Source: Lingula anatina
Taxonomy: Eukaryota; Animalia; Brachiopoda
Direction: 5' to 3'
DNA length: 64,000 bases
Assembly: GCA_051362555.1 (NCBI GenBank)
Contig: CM120642.1
Coordinates: 18,476,001-18,540,000, forward strand
The notes under the pieces: model-generated
What the model was told of the DNA's origin: nothing
The model's input: the letters and a program-made list of their open reading frames with translations, nothing else
Databases searched by the model: none
Translations under genes and position numbers: made by a program
Shown here: one piece after another, positions 1-12,237 of the stretch
Layout: each line of letters opens with the position of its first letter
How positions within the stretch are numbered: position 1 is the stretch's first letter

Positions 1-455
1 TCAATGCAAGTCACAATCACACAGCAGCTACGCGTTGAAAATGCGTTAGCGATGATGCAGATGAGCACAATCGGAGAAGTGCGCACTGAAACAATCATTG
101 CTGGTGCAGCAATTTGACATGCTTTAAAGCGATAGAGGGTAAGTTTGGTGCATAAATGTTTATAGGAATAGAGTGCATATCTAGTGCATCCAACACAATG
201 CTATTGATCATCTACGTTCACATTATATTTTCATCATAACAAGAAATTCAAACTTTTTCTGGAACATTAGATATACAGAATGACCCCATACATAGCAATC
301 TCATCTTTGAATTTACATACATGTAATTTCACTAAAACGAAAGTTCCCCAAACCAAAGTTCTAAATTAACAGTAAAGAAAACTACAGTACTTTTAATTGC
401 TGTACTACTTTCATTTGCTCAAAAATATCTCTCTGATTTCCAAAACTCTTTCATT

Positions 456-3400
456 TTATAGGCTAAGATAGAGGCGGCCCAACTCGGTCAATTGGCCATT
501 GGTGTCGATGAGACTGATGGTTGGGCATAGAAAGCTTCCCTGACAGCTTGGAAGGCGGTGCTCAAACCAAGCGTACCTGTAGATGAATGAAGACCTCTCC
601 AGCATGGGGATGGCCGCGCGCATGAAATTCTTGATTGGCGTAGCGTCATATCTCGTCCAGGGGCACGAGAATTCCGTCACCCAGAGTGGTTTTTTCACCT
701 GATTATAGACGGCGCCAAGATAGCCCAAGAGGTCGTAGGCGTTGCAGGTATAGTGATGGGTGGCAACGTAATCGATGCGGCAGCCGCCCAGTTGGTTGCA
801 GCGGGCAAAGAATCTCGTGAACCACGTGGAGAATTGCATATTGCACGTATTTTTGTCGTTGGTGTCGCAGGGCGCGGCGGCAGGACTGACCATCTTGACA
901 TTGGCGGGGACGTTCTTCTGAAGTTGAACCCATTTCTCTGCTGCCAACTCCGGACTGATGTTGGCTTGGACTCTGAAGTTCGGCTCGTTAAACCCTGGGG
1001 AAGAATTATGAAAGTTTGAAATTCTTATTTTTATCAACTTGCGGTGCATTCATCTGATCAACTCTTATTATTGCTGGTTACACATTCTGGAATGACAAAT
1101 TGGTAAACACATTACCGGTGCGTGGGGCTCACGTGATGTCGTAACAAAGTGATAGTCACGTGGCTCCCACGTTGTTTCTGCTGAGTGCATGTGGCTTTCT
1201 GTACAAAGTGCTGCAAATACATTTTTATCCTAGCTTTTTTACATTTCTCAGAAAATCACTGAATTAATAGCCATAAATGCACGTGCACAAAAAGAGCGTA
1301 GACCACAAGTTTACCGTATTGTTGCTCATTGATAATTTGGTGATCTCGGACCAATAAATTTTGGTGTTATGTTTCTCCTCTTAAAAAGGAAGTAAAGGAC
1401 TATGGCCTTACTCACCCTGCAAATTAACCAACATACGGTTGTTTCAACTTATGCACTCCCTTTAGACTCGACCATCCTTTCTTTACCTTTAAGTTGCTAT
1501 TATTATTAATTTAGTATCTGTGTCATACAGTTATACTGTGCCCCTTTCCTTTTCCCTTTTTTGTGGCTTAATAACAAATGCTTCATTTGAAATAGCGGAC
1601 GCCATGTCTTACCCAGCACGTATTTGTTTCCTCTGATGTTGGTTATCATTGGCACGTGATCCAGGCCCCAGAACATGGGTACGTATTCCAGGCTGTCGTC
1701 TGTAGTACACTGGTCTTTGCCGCTTACTCGCCAATCATACCTAAATTAAATATGAATACTTATATGAAAATTCTGATTATATTGATACGTAACTAGAAAT
1801 TAAGCACTGCACTTAGAGAGCGCAATTCCCATCACTGGAAATTTTATTGATGATTGATAAATCACCAAAATCCAATTAATTCCAAGTTAGCCCACTCTTC
1901 TGAAAACTTTGTCAAAATCCGTCCATACACTGTAAAAACAGTGTTTAGCATTTAAATACATACAACACACGTTAGGCACCTATACGCATTTAGAAATCTA
2001 TGTAAATGCTAAACGCGTATAGCTTTTCAAACGTTTCAGAGAAGAAAAAGCTAGACACGTTGGCAGTGTTACACGTTTAGCTATGTGTTTAGCTTCACCG
2101 GCATATGGTTCTATAACAAGTCTATCACAAGCTAAGCACATTGGCTAAGCACTTCCCCTGCTAAGCGCGTGAGGCTGCTAAACATATGGAGCTGCTAAAG
2201 GTGTGGAATTCCTTAACGCGTGGAGCTGCTAAACAACATGTTTAGCTTTTCAAGCTCGTCACAGAAAAAAATGCTTCACAATCCCATATATACGATCCCA
2301 TAACAAGTTTATTACAAGACTCAACAATTTTGCTTAACACTTCCCCTTGTAAACATATGGGGCTGTTGGAGGCGAGACGCAGCCTGCTCGAACGCGTTGT
2401 GTCCTTCCTTGCAGTAACGTGTGATTATTTAAAATAGGCCTATTAAGTAATAATCCAAATAACGAATAACGTTTTCACGACTTTATCAGCTGGTTACATG
2501 ATGGTGATGGTATAGAATAACGTCATGGTAACGTTATGGGTGTTTTTAACTCCATGCAAAATGATGCCCTTGCAGTTTTATAAGCGTTTTATAACATTCT
2601 GGAAAAACATTATTTAATGTTTTGAAAACTTTTTTTATTAATCACCAAAACACGTCTTATGCTGTATGAACTGCAGTTAGCGGTTAATTCCAAAATGGGC
2701 TTGGGTAAGTCGGCGACTAGAGCGGTGCGACTTGAAAAATATTCGGACTATCGTTACCAAAATAACCAGCATGTGATGAAAGCTTAAATAAACCATTATA
2801 ATGAATACCCCACCATCATTCTGATGTTCTATTGTTCATTACTTCCGGAAAAAATAAATGAACATCAATACCTTAACGCATTTTATCAAAATATGAAAAA
2901 ATGTTTTAAAGTAAAAGTGTTAGTTGTTTCGTGTCTTTAGTAAACTAGTTAATTTTCCTAACTTGTTTTTCAGAAATATATTCCAATTAACTTCCTCGCA
3001 AGGTCAGCTAACACAAGGATGAATAAGTCCCGCTGTAAAGATGATGGTGTAAATCAACTATGTTGACAGTTCAAGGTACCCTGTTATAGACAGAGATAAC
3101 TATAGCAGTTAAAGGTGACCTTGACTTCGCGCGCGCGTGTGTGTGTGTGAGAGAGTGACTGAAACAGTTGAAAACGTCACAACCTTAAAGTTAAACAAAT
3201 ACACCCTACATTTATTAGGCTTCAAGCACGTCAAAGCGTGTAACATGTTAATAGGCTAAACGTGCTTAGGTGCTAAATGCGTGGAAAAAATGAGACAAAA
3301 CAGGCGCTTAGAAATGTGTCTCAGAGCTAAACACTGTTTTTACAGTGTAAGTTTTTAACTTAGGCTTCTAACCTCAAGATGACAGTAACGTGTTATTTAT

Positions 3401-4331
3401 TAAGGGAGGTACAGTGTAGGGGAGGGGAAAGGGAAGAACATTGAAGAAAAAGCAAAATATAAAATACTTGACAAGTAAATGCTGTATTCCATTTTGCTTG
3501 TTGAACTCTTTATTAATTGCTTTTTTCTTCCTATTTTTCTTTTTTTTCTTTTCTTTTTCTTTTCTTTTTTTTTTTTTTTGAAGGGGGGGGGGGCAAAAGG
3601 AGAGAAAAGAGTATCGAAAATCGGAAAAGTCACAGTGGTATTTCTGGATCCACTATTTCACGAATCACTACATTAGTTTGAACATGCGGCTCATCGATTC
3701 GACTTTATCAGAGCTCAGCATTTGCCATAGCTTTGATTTCAGCAACAATATTGTTTTTTTCAGCAGGCAATTTCAACTTGTAGTTTAAGGAAAATTGTCA
3801 ACTATGAAAAAAATGGAAAAACAGTGCGGTATAAATTTGAAATTATATTTAACCGGAACTGCCCATTTGCAAACTTCATTTTAATTACAATGTAGAATTT
3901 ACCAGCCCGACTGAGGAACTACCAGTACTTGTCTGTGGATAACACCAGGGGGAAGGCATGAAATGGCTGAATTCGACGGAAATGTTAAAGAAAGAAATAT
4001 TACATCCGGGTTCGTCACTATTTATATTTTCTTCCTAGAAGTGATATCCCCCAATGGAGAATTCAGGATTGACCATTCCTTTGTTGAAGTTCTAGTTGTT
4101 TTTATCATTACATGTAGATGTTTTTTTATGTAGATACCGTCTAGATGTTTTTGTTAGATACCCAATTTAAACAGCCACTTACCACCAAGCCAGTTTCCCA
4201 ACAAAAGGAGTGAAATCCCTGCATTTGAGATCCTGCCATCCAAAACCTAGTCCCTTCTTGTAAGACACACCGGTTACTGCAGCAACTGCGATGGCCAAGA
4301 ATAGCACCGACCACACAAGCTTTTCTGTCAT
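456..4331 (-). CDS. Secreted GH128-family (Asl1/Glyco_hydro_cc-like) beta-1,3-glucanase, paralog 1, 271 aa
   Basis: Three coding exons with GT-AG boundaries and matching phases: 4331-4183, 1740-1613, 994-456 (816 nt). Signal peptide MTEKLVWSVLFLAIAVAAVTG, then KKGL..., WWYDW, EYVPMFWG, LGFNEPN (acid/base Glu), DYVATHHY, PLWVTEF (nucleophile Glu), YRYAWF, LTELGRLY, all typical of GH128. Confidence 0.88.
1928..3347. mobile_element. Non-autonomous TIR DNA transposon with CACTG termini (EnSpm/CACTA-like) in an intron of GH128 paralog 1
   Basis: Perfect 22-bp terminal inverted repeat CACTGTAAAAACAGTGTTTAGC at 1928 and its reverse complement ending at 3347; TA on both flanks; many GCTAAAC/GCTAAGC subterminal repeats; no ORF. 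Confidence 0.8.
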
Positions 4332-5140
4332 TTCTATAGCAAAATGAGGAATGCGGTGAAAAAATAATAATAAACCTGAAAGCATGCATCCTTTGCGACG
4401 ACAAACAGGATTTTCGATACCAAAAAATATGGTTTGATTTAGGCTTAACAAATATTACATATCAAAAGTAACTGGCGAAAAAATGGAAAGATTTTAAGAC
4501 CTCTGCTTCAGAAAATCAGAAATATATGTGCCACTTGAAAAATATCACCAAAACCTACTTCTACACCTTAAACCTGGTCGAAAATGAGAAGAGCACATTT
4601 GTTCAGTGCCTAATATATCTCCACATGTAACCCTGGACATAATACTCGTGGCAGTGGACAGGTGGACTGATCCTTGCACGTGCTGGAAAGGTCATCGTCC
4701 AGGCAAGTGGGGTCTATAGAAATAGAACCTGAACCGATTGCCATTATTTGAGGTTTTACAGGGCCAATCCTAATCAGTTTTTGGCGTATCACTAGCCCAT
4801 TTTCTGAATATTGCGAAATTGCGCAATATATTTGTCTGAAATGTGGGCGAAATTTGGTCTATAAGTTGGCGACACGAACGGGAAACGGTTCCAAAGGTTC
4901 CAAGAGTTGATGTTGGGGGGGGGGGGTAATTTATTTTTCTACGCTTCGCTAGATGAATTTTAAAACAGTAGTTCACGAGGCCAGATTGCTCGTTTTTCTC
5001 TCCTTTAACTCGTTAAACCCTGTGGTTTGAGAAGTGGAAGAGAACTACCTGTGACCCTCGACTTAAATACTGAATTTTAAAAATATATACATTACATCTA
5101 CACATGTACTCGTGTATGTTTATATTATAAGTATACTCAC

Positions 5141-5202
5141 TTTTAACGTCGAGGCTTTTAGGTGGTGCATATTGTAGCTCAGGTCTGGATTTACTTTTAT
5201 AG
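5141..5202 (-). promoter_or_regulatory. TATA box and short non-coding first exon of GH128 paralog 1
   Basis: Minus-strand TATAAAA at about 5201-5195, followed by a GTGAGT donor at 5140-5135; the ATG exon is preceded by an AG acceptor at 4335-4334. Confidence 0.55.
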
Positions 5203-6013
5203 CCCCCACACCAATGAACTACTGTGTAAGCTCCGGCAGTAGTTCTTGGAACAGCGTTTTTTAAAACTGCTAACGGGATATTGCAGAGGCAGAGGGTAAC
5301 GTGACGCTCTCTGTATCCTATGTAGTTTAAAATGAACCTGTGTTAATTTTAATATGTGTTTATTTAGCGAACTTGAACTGATTGAAATCTAACCTATTCG
5401 ACAGTGAGTAGCCAAAGGTCTCAATGGACATGCAATCTAATTTCACCAGAATAAGATTTCGTTACGATAAAGTCATCAAAAATTAAGGTCATGTTTTTTA
5501 TTTTTGGTGTTAAATGAATCATCGTGTTGCGTCATAATGAACAATTTAAACAGTGCACAAAACCGGATCTTCTGAGAATCTTGTTACCCATGTCTGTCTT
5601 TCATGCTTCAAAGTAGGATTTGGGTGGTGGTCTCATACTATGTAGATTAAATCTGTATGTACAAATCATGTTGGTTTTTCGAAATTGCCCCTTACGTGTG
5701 CCTTTTTAAATCGACGTTTTTCATCCCATATAGTCCTACAGTGTACAAGTACACATGTAAGTTTTGCGAATAAAGGTAAAATTCAAGCGAGATAGCAGCA
5801 AATAGAGAGTGAACAAAAGAAACTGAGAAAATGTATCACTTCGCATATTTCAATTAAAGACATCCACTTCAAGAAATCCAGTTAACCAAGAATAAATAAA
5901 CAAAACCACTGATGTTAACAGTGATGCACAATTATTATTCCAGTCAAACCGATATCTGAGTCAATTTTACAAAACTTGACAACAACCAGCAAATTAAATC
6001 TACTGACAGTCAG

Positions 6014-7398
6014 TTACAAGCTCAGATAAAGTTGACCAAGATGGGTAAGCTTTCCGCTGTTGTCAAGGATGCTGGTGGACGAACCAAGGAAGTGACCTTG
6101 GGCATGCTCAAGCCGACTCTCGAACCAGGCATATCGGAAGATGAAGGACGACTTCTCAAGCATGGGCACCGCTGCGCGCATGAAGGACATAATCGGAGCG
6201 ACATTATTGTTTGTGTTGGGGCAGGCGAATTCTGTCAACCATATTGGCTTCTTCACCTGGTTGTGCACGGCGGTCAAGAACCCCATGAGGGAATTGGCGT
6301 TGCAGGTGTAGGAATGGGTGGCCACGTAATCTATACGGCAGCCGAGCTGTTTGCACTTGGCAAAGAACCGGGAGAACCACTCGTTGTACTGCATGCTGCA
6401 TTGGCCCGTCTTGGGATTACAGGGGGCAGCAGCCGGGCTGACCAGTTTGACGCTAGAGGGCACTTGCTTCTGGATTTCCATCCATTTTTCAGCGGCAGTC
6501 TCCGGCATGATGTTAGACTGGGCGTGAAAGTTTGGCTCGTTGAAGCCTGAAGGAGTAAACATGACAAATAAATAAGACCGATAATAAACATTACTAAGTA
6601 ATAAATTAAAATCTAATAGGAAATGACAATCGAAACGATCGAAACTATCATTCTCACGCTGCCTTTACACGGCGCTGTTGACCCCTGACCCGTGGCGCCA
6701 TGTTCTGATGAATAAAGCGGACACCTCATAGTATATTCGAATGAGTGATTGGATAAATAAATGAATCACCTATTTGCACGATATGATAAACAGGTCTATG
6801 ATAAATTGTAAGGTCATTGTGTGATTTTTAGCACATTCTTCTCAAGAATATCATGTGCATGTAATCCACCAAAATAATATCAATGGAAAAAAATCTTACC
6901 TAACAAGTACTTCTCTCCGTGAATTGATGTAATGGAGTTCATGGACCCAAGGCCCCAGATCATTGGGACGTACTCAATGTTCGGGTGGCACTGGTTCTTG
7001 CCGGTGGCTTTCCAATCATACCTGTAGAATACGCGACGAGTTGTGTAAAAGATTGCTTCAAAAATGTACAATAGTGACCACAAAATCCACCACTTTTACC
7101 AACACGGAATGGACAGTTTTATAAGATACAAAGTGCCCAGATTTTTCAAGTGCCAAAACTGTGAACAGTGAGAGCCTCAAGGACTTTTATACCCTGAGCA
7201 TTGTGAACTTGTCAGTGACTTTATGATTTAACCAAATACATCCAAAGATTCACTTTTAACGCTGTTCTTGATAAAAAATATTTTAAATGTCTTTCAAAAT
7301 GTATTTTAGAAATTGCTTTAATGTTTGATATGTTTTTCTTACAATTACTATTTTACTATAATCAAATATTTACCATCCCACTTTTATGTGCAAATAAA

Positions 7399-7448
<50 letters not shown>

Positions 7449-8099
7449 TAATTAATTAATTAGTTATTATTATTATATAAAACACGCTGCGTGAAGCTAA
7501 ACTAGGCCTTTCTTTTTAACTGTGCATGTCTGCAGTATGGGACCATTTCCAGACCCTATCGTACTAGTAACTGTGGATCTATCTATCTCCTACGGGATTC
7601 TCGCTAAATTGCAATCAAATCAAGCGGCTTAGATGTGTTTCATCCATACTGAAGCTGCTTGGGGGTAATTAATTATCGTTTAGCAGCTTCAGTAGGCGTG
7701 CCAAACCTCTAAGCCGCTTAAGCTGAAAGGAATTTAGCGAGGAACTTCTTGGAGATGGATCGGTCCTGTTAGTTTGATCTAGGTATGGGAAACCAGTCTA
7801 TGACTAACCTCTCCCACGGCGCCGTTATGCCTTACGTGGGGTGGGGTGGTTGGGGTGGGGTAGAAAAAGTGCCAAATTTAAGAATGTAATAACTCTAAAT
7901 GTGTTTGCTATAAGTCAGTGAAATTTTAATCAATTATGCTTTAAATTATAGCTTCCAGCTCACAGCAGTTTTGATTCAATTATTTTGATGGCATATATTT
8001 GGCAGGCAAATAAGAATAATAGTCCAAAACACGTATTCTTTATCCACAATGATGTCGAAGTGCATTCATAAAGGCAAACAACTAGATGCAGTCCGCCTT

Positions 8100-8138
<39 letters not shown>

Positions 8139-8407
8139 GATCGTTTATGCGATTTCCAACTTGAATCCCAGTCATGGAAAATACTATTTAAAACAGACCG
8201 TTTTACATGTATGAAATTCGGACGAAGGATTGCAGGTCATATGTAGAGATATATCTATACTCACCACCAAGAGATCTTCCCAGTCACTGCGGGAAAATCA
8301 GAACATTTTGCGGCTCCAAATGACAAACCTTTCTTGGGCGACACCCCGGTTACCACGGCAATGCTTAGGCAAAGGAGAAGCAAGGAAAGTGCCAAACTCG
8401 GCCCCAT
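6014..8407 (-). CDS. Secreted GH128-family beta-1,3-glucanase, paralog 2, 265 aa
   Basis: Exons 8407-8265 (MGPSLALSLLLLCLSIAVVTGVSPKKGLSFGAAKCSDFPAVTGKISW), 7021-6900 and 6546-6014 (798 nt). Intron positions and phases equal paralog 1; GFNEP and IWLTEF catalytic motifs intact. Confidence 0.88.
7397..7478. repeat. (TAT)n microsatellite
   Basis: TTA/TAT run read directly. Confidence 0.85.
7540..7793. mobile_element. Palindromic MITE family A, diverged copy
   Basis: Shares core (GATC-ends, GCTAAATTGCA, AAGCGGCTTA, GGGGGTAATTAA, GTAGGCG) with copies near 17.0, 33.3, 34.2 and 34.6 kb; imperfect self-complementarity. Boundaries approximate. Confidence 0.6.
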
Positions 8408-8622
8408 ACTGCACAATGGTTCCTAAACTCCAAAAATTAGAAATAAAAAAGGAAAAACTTATTGCAAAAAAGTCCCCAGTATGGAATCATATTATAACCA
8501 GAACAATATGGAAAAAATTGTTAAATTTTACAGAAATGTGCCTTTAGAATAAAAAAGTTTAAATAAAGCTATTTGTGTGGGTCACTACAGCAAAACGATA
8601 TCAGTGATTTAAATTTGCTTAC

Positions 8623-8667
8623 CTTCAGAGTAACTGAGAAGCTGCAAACGTCTGCAAACTTTATATA
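8623..8667 (-). promoter_or_regulatory. TATA box + initiator and tiny non-coding first exon of GH128 paralog 2
   Basis: TATATAAA at 8667-8660, TCAGTT Inr about 30 nt downstream (8637-8632), GTAAG donor at 8622-8618, acceptor at 8424-8423 just upstream of the ATG. Confidence 0.7.
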
Positions 8668-9274
8668 GGGGCTGCATGATAGACGTTATCGAGGTATTAT
8701 CTTATCTGCCCAGTATTTGATACGAAATACAAACTAAGTCGATACCTGAATCTTCTAGATCTGGAATTGGGTGAAACGGAGCCCAGTTGTCAAAGGCAAC
8801 CGTCACAGCTTGACATATTTTGTAACGTGTGTGAAAATTCGAGTGTGCGAGAGTACGTAAGTTTGAGTGTGTGTTTGCAGGAAAGAGAGGTACGGGACTA
8901 GAAACAAGCAAGGGAAGACTTGGTACCCTACCTATATTCGCGGATAAGCCTTAAGGAATCTAAAATTTTACTCTAGATCTAGGAAAACGCTTCGCAGCGT
9001 TAAAAGCAAGAAATTGCCTACAACTGTACGTTCCCTAATGTAATTTGCAGTAAGCGAATGGGCTTTGAGCGATCTTGAGTCACCATCCGTGACTTTGAAT
9101 TTGATTCAAGACAGAGATTACCCCGGAAGGTGCAGTCAAGATTATCTTTCATGTAGCTAACCGTGTTTGATTAAATGGCAGATGTGATACCACTGGTGTA
9201 CAGTGATATGCTTGCTATTGATTCAGTTACAAACGCATGTGTCTTGCGTCTTGTCCTATGTTCGATATACAATA

Positions 9275-9735
9275 TAATAGACCTCGATCAATCAGGTGCT
9301 TGGTCGAAGCGTTGACGACGATGGAACGCCAAGCCCTTCTGTCACGATATGTTTCTGCACAGTTGTTGGCTGTTTAACCTGCTCTGCACTTCTTGACGTT
9401 ACTTAACCCAAATACGTCTTGAGCGTCCGGGCCTCTGTCTTCCGCTGGTGTCAACTTGGAGAACATTTTTAATGGGATAAAGCCTTATATATGCCCGAAA
9501 TAACGAAGCTTTCGGTGCCCTATGTCTTTCAACAGCCATCTCTGATCTTTCAGTTTCTGAAGAACTCTCTCATTTGATAGTTTTTCAGTTTAAGGTATAT
9601 GCCCCAGCCATCGAAATATCCACATCGCAAACGCTTTTAGTTTTTTAACACCTCTGCGTTCAAATCCCACATTTTATAGAAGTAAAGGAAGTGCCGTACT
9701 GCATAGCATTTCACAAGTCCCATTCTTGTTTTAAG
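9275..9735 (-). mobile_element. Decayed 3' fragment of an RTE-clade LINE
   Basis: Manual translation across stops/frameshifts: LKTRMGLVKCY...LKAFAMWIFRWLGHI..TEKLSNERVL...RKLRYFGHI...GRQRPGRSRRIW...DRRAWRSIV, matching the characteristic RTE ORF C-terminus. Confidence 0.75.
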
Positions 9736-10345
9736 GGTGATATTACGTGATTTCAAAATGTTTTTCATCTGACTGAACCTTGGATTAGCAATTCATATTC
9801 CTCTATGTATTTCTTTACAGCATTTCCCCTCCCTCCTATGTGACTCTTTAACTTGTTTGAGGTAGGCATATAATAATGGAATTAGTTTTTAAATTTTTAA
9901 AATTACCCATAACAAGGCTGTCGGCACTGCATGTCATACGAAACTAGAAAACGTGCGTTAGGTGGGAAAAACTTTTTTGCAGGAATCGCCAGAAACTTCA
10001 ACGTGCAAACAGTACTCTGAAATGCAGGGTGCTACATGCATCTGCGACTTCGAGGCTAATCTTTTAAGCTAGATCTCACGTTTTAAGCGGGTCGCTAAGG
10101 TACTTTTAAGTCAAAAGTTTAACCCATTGGCTTGTTTACAGTCTGAAGTTGCCCTGTAGTCAGTATATGTCGACCATGACAGGCAGGTGATTAGTAATGG
10201 CACGAAAATCTGTCTGTCGTCTTTACTGGGTTTACTGATAATTATTTTAGTGTTCCAACAAATTACCCTGTAAAATTTCCAACTTTGTCAATTTTACTGA
10301 CCCAGGGTAGCTGGGTCATAAAACTGACAAAGGGTCACTTTTCTA

Positions 10346-10434
10346 GGTAACAGACCCAGAATCGCAGACTGGGGGCTCATTTGTGAGAAGGGCGGTGGAT
10401 TTCTGTGGATCATTTCTTCTGGTAACAGCTAAAT
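10346..10434 (-). pseudogene. Deleted duplicate of the start of the TIR exon of the TTC22-TIR gene
   Basis: 10360-10434 is near-identical to 12717-12791 (including the splice acceptor) and is joined directly to GGTAACAGACCCAG, which matches 12591-12604; about 110 bp of the exon is missing between them. Confidence 0.7.
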
Positions 10435-12237
10435 ATAAAAATATTTTAAAAAAATGGATTTTAAAAACATGTTTGAATACATGTACGTGCAGCTACATGT
10501 GGCCTGTCTACATATGACGATACCGATCGCCCTGACTTTGAGTGGCACTTTCCCCAGGCCTTTCCTCCAGGGACTTGCCCCACGAAGTCACAAGCCGAGA
10601 AAACTTTCATGAAAAAAATCATTTATTGTTAAATATCATTGATTCTGAAGCTGTATCTTACGGCATCCTGCACGTTCTCGGAAGCAATTACAGCGAGACA
10701 TCACGTGACAATTGTTTTGAAAAAAAAAGGGCGGTACGGCAAGACATTTAATCTGGCGCCCACGACAAGGACAATATTGTAATCTGACAGAAATATAGCA
10801 GGTCAGGAATAACTTGGTTTAATAATAATAAAACTTGATCAACAGCATACTGAACACATTTGCTAGTACACTGTACATGCATGTCTGTTTGCTTCTAAGA
10901 AATGGGGATACATTTTTGCAGTATCAGTCACATCCCCAGAAATGCACTGCATGACGTCACCCTTAGCCCACTGCGCATGCGTGCACTTTTAATGAGTTGC
11001 TAGATTGCCATAGGAAAATGAATGGGTTCGCGATTCGTGGGTAATTCGTGATAATTGACAAACTAACGGCCTGATGCCGATAGACAGCAACGCTGTGCTA
11101 TGCTTCAAGCAACTCCTGACCAAATATCAATAGGGTTTTAAAAAAAATTCTGTTGTACACACGTACTAAGAAGTTTGCCGTGTATTGCCTATCCTACCCT
11201 CAGCAAAACGCACATATTTTCAGAAATAGTGATTTTAGATTCACTCAGAAACAAAGGCAAACTAATTCGTTGCCGATAGCACCAGCAGATAGCAGCACAA
11301 TACAGAGTCTAATTAAAAACTTTCATGGCAACTGAAGAACTTTTACCACTGTACAGTGGAGTCCAAAAAAGCACTTGGCACAAATGTGAAACTGCCCAGT
11401 GCAAGGCCAAGAATTCAATCAGTATTTTCAATCATATTATCAGATTCTACATAAATTGACTGACAATATCACTACTCAGTATTTAACTAATCTCTTAATC
11501 CAAAATTCCTATCATCATTTAATAATAATGCAAAATTCTTCTTTCAGATTGCTATTTATTTTAAATTTTTATGCTGCAACTGTTCCAAAATAATCTTGTA
11601 GTAAAGGATAAATGCAAATAAGAAGTGGAAGACAAATTTTACCCACATTATTCAATTGTTTGAATATAAAAAGAATAAGATCACAATTTAACAAATTAAA
11701 ATAATCTTTCATGAACTTTTTCATGAATAACATATTAAACAAAATTAAAGTTATAAATTAGTGGTAATGGCTTATTCTGGAATATATGACTTCTGCACAT
11801 CATCAGCACCTGACTTGGTACAGTATAGTTACTACTTGGATACAGAGTTAATTTTAATAATGTAACAATAAGAACAATATATTTTACAATGAACTTCTCT
11901 ACTCATGTCAGACGCTTGTTACCATGAACTAACACTACTTGACAATGGGCTGAGCACTTATCACAGAGTCTGTGTGCGATGCCATTGTTGTGCTGTGATT
12001 GGCTAGTTGAGTCACGTGAAGCCCTACTGTAGCGCCCTCGCGTATCGCGTGAATGCTGCGCATTTCTGGCCATGGCAAGATCGTGACAATGACCTGTTTT
12101 GTTCACAAACCCACCGTCCATTATTTTACATCTAGGCATAAATTTGATTTCACAAAGTCACCAACATCACTTAGCACAGTTGGTCAGCCTCAACAAAAAT
12201 GTCAGTTTCTTTCACAAAGGCCTAAACTATGTATCGA

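Noticed and set aside
6032-6550. 172-aa plus-strand ORF (and 753-1019 plus other short overlapping ORFs)
   Set aside because: Antisense or alternate-frame shadows of the GC-rich GH128 exons; no independent motifs.
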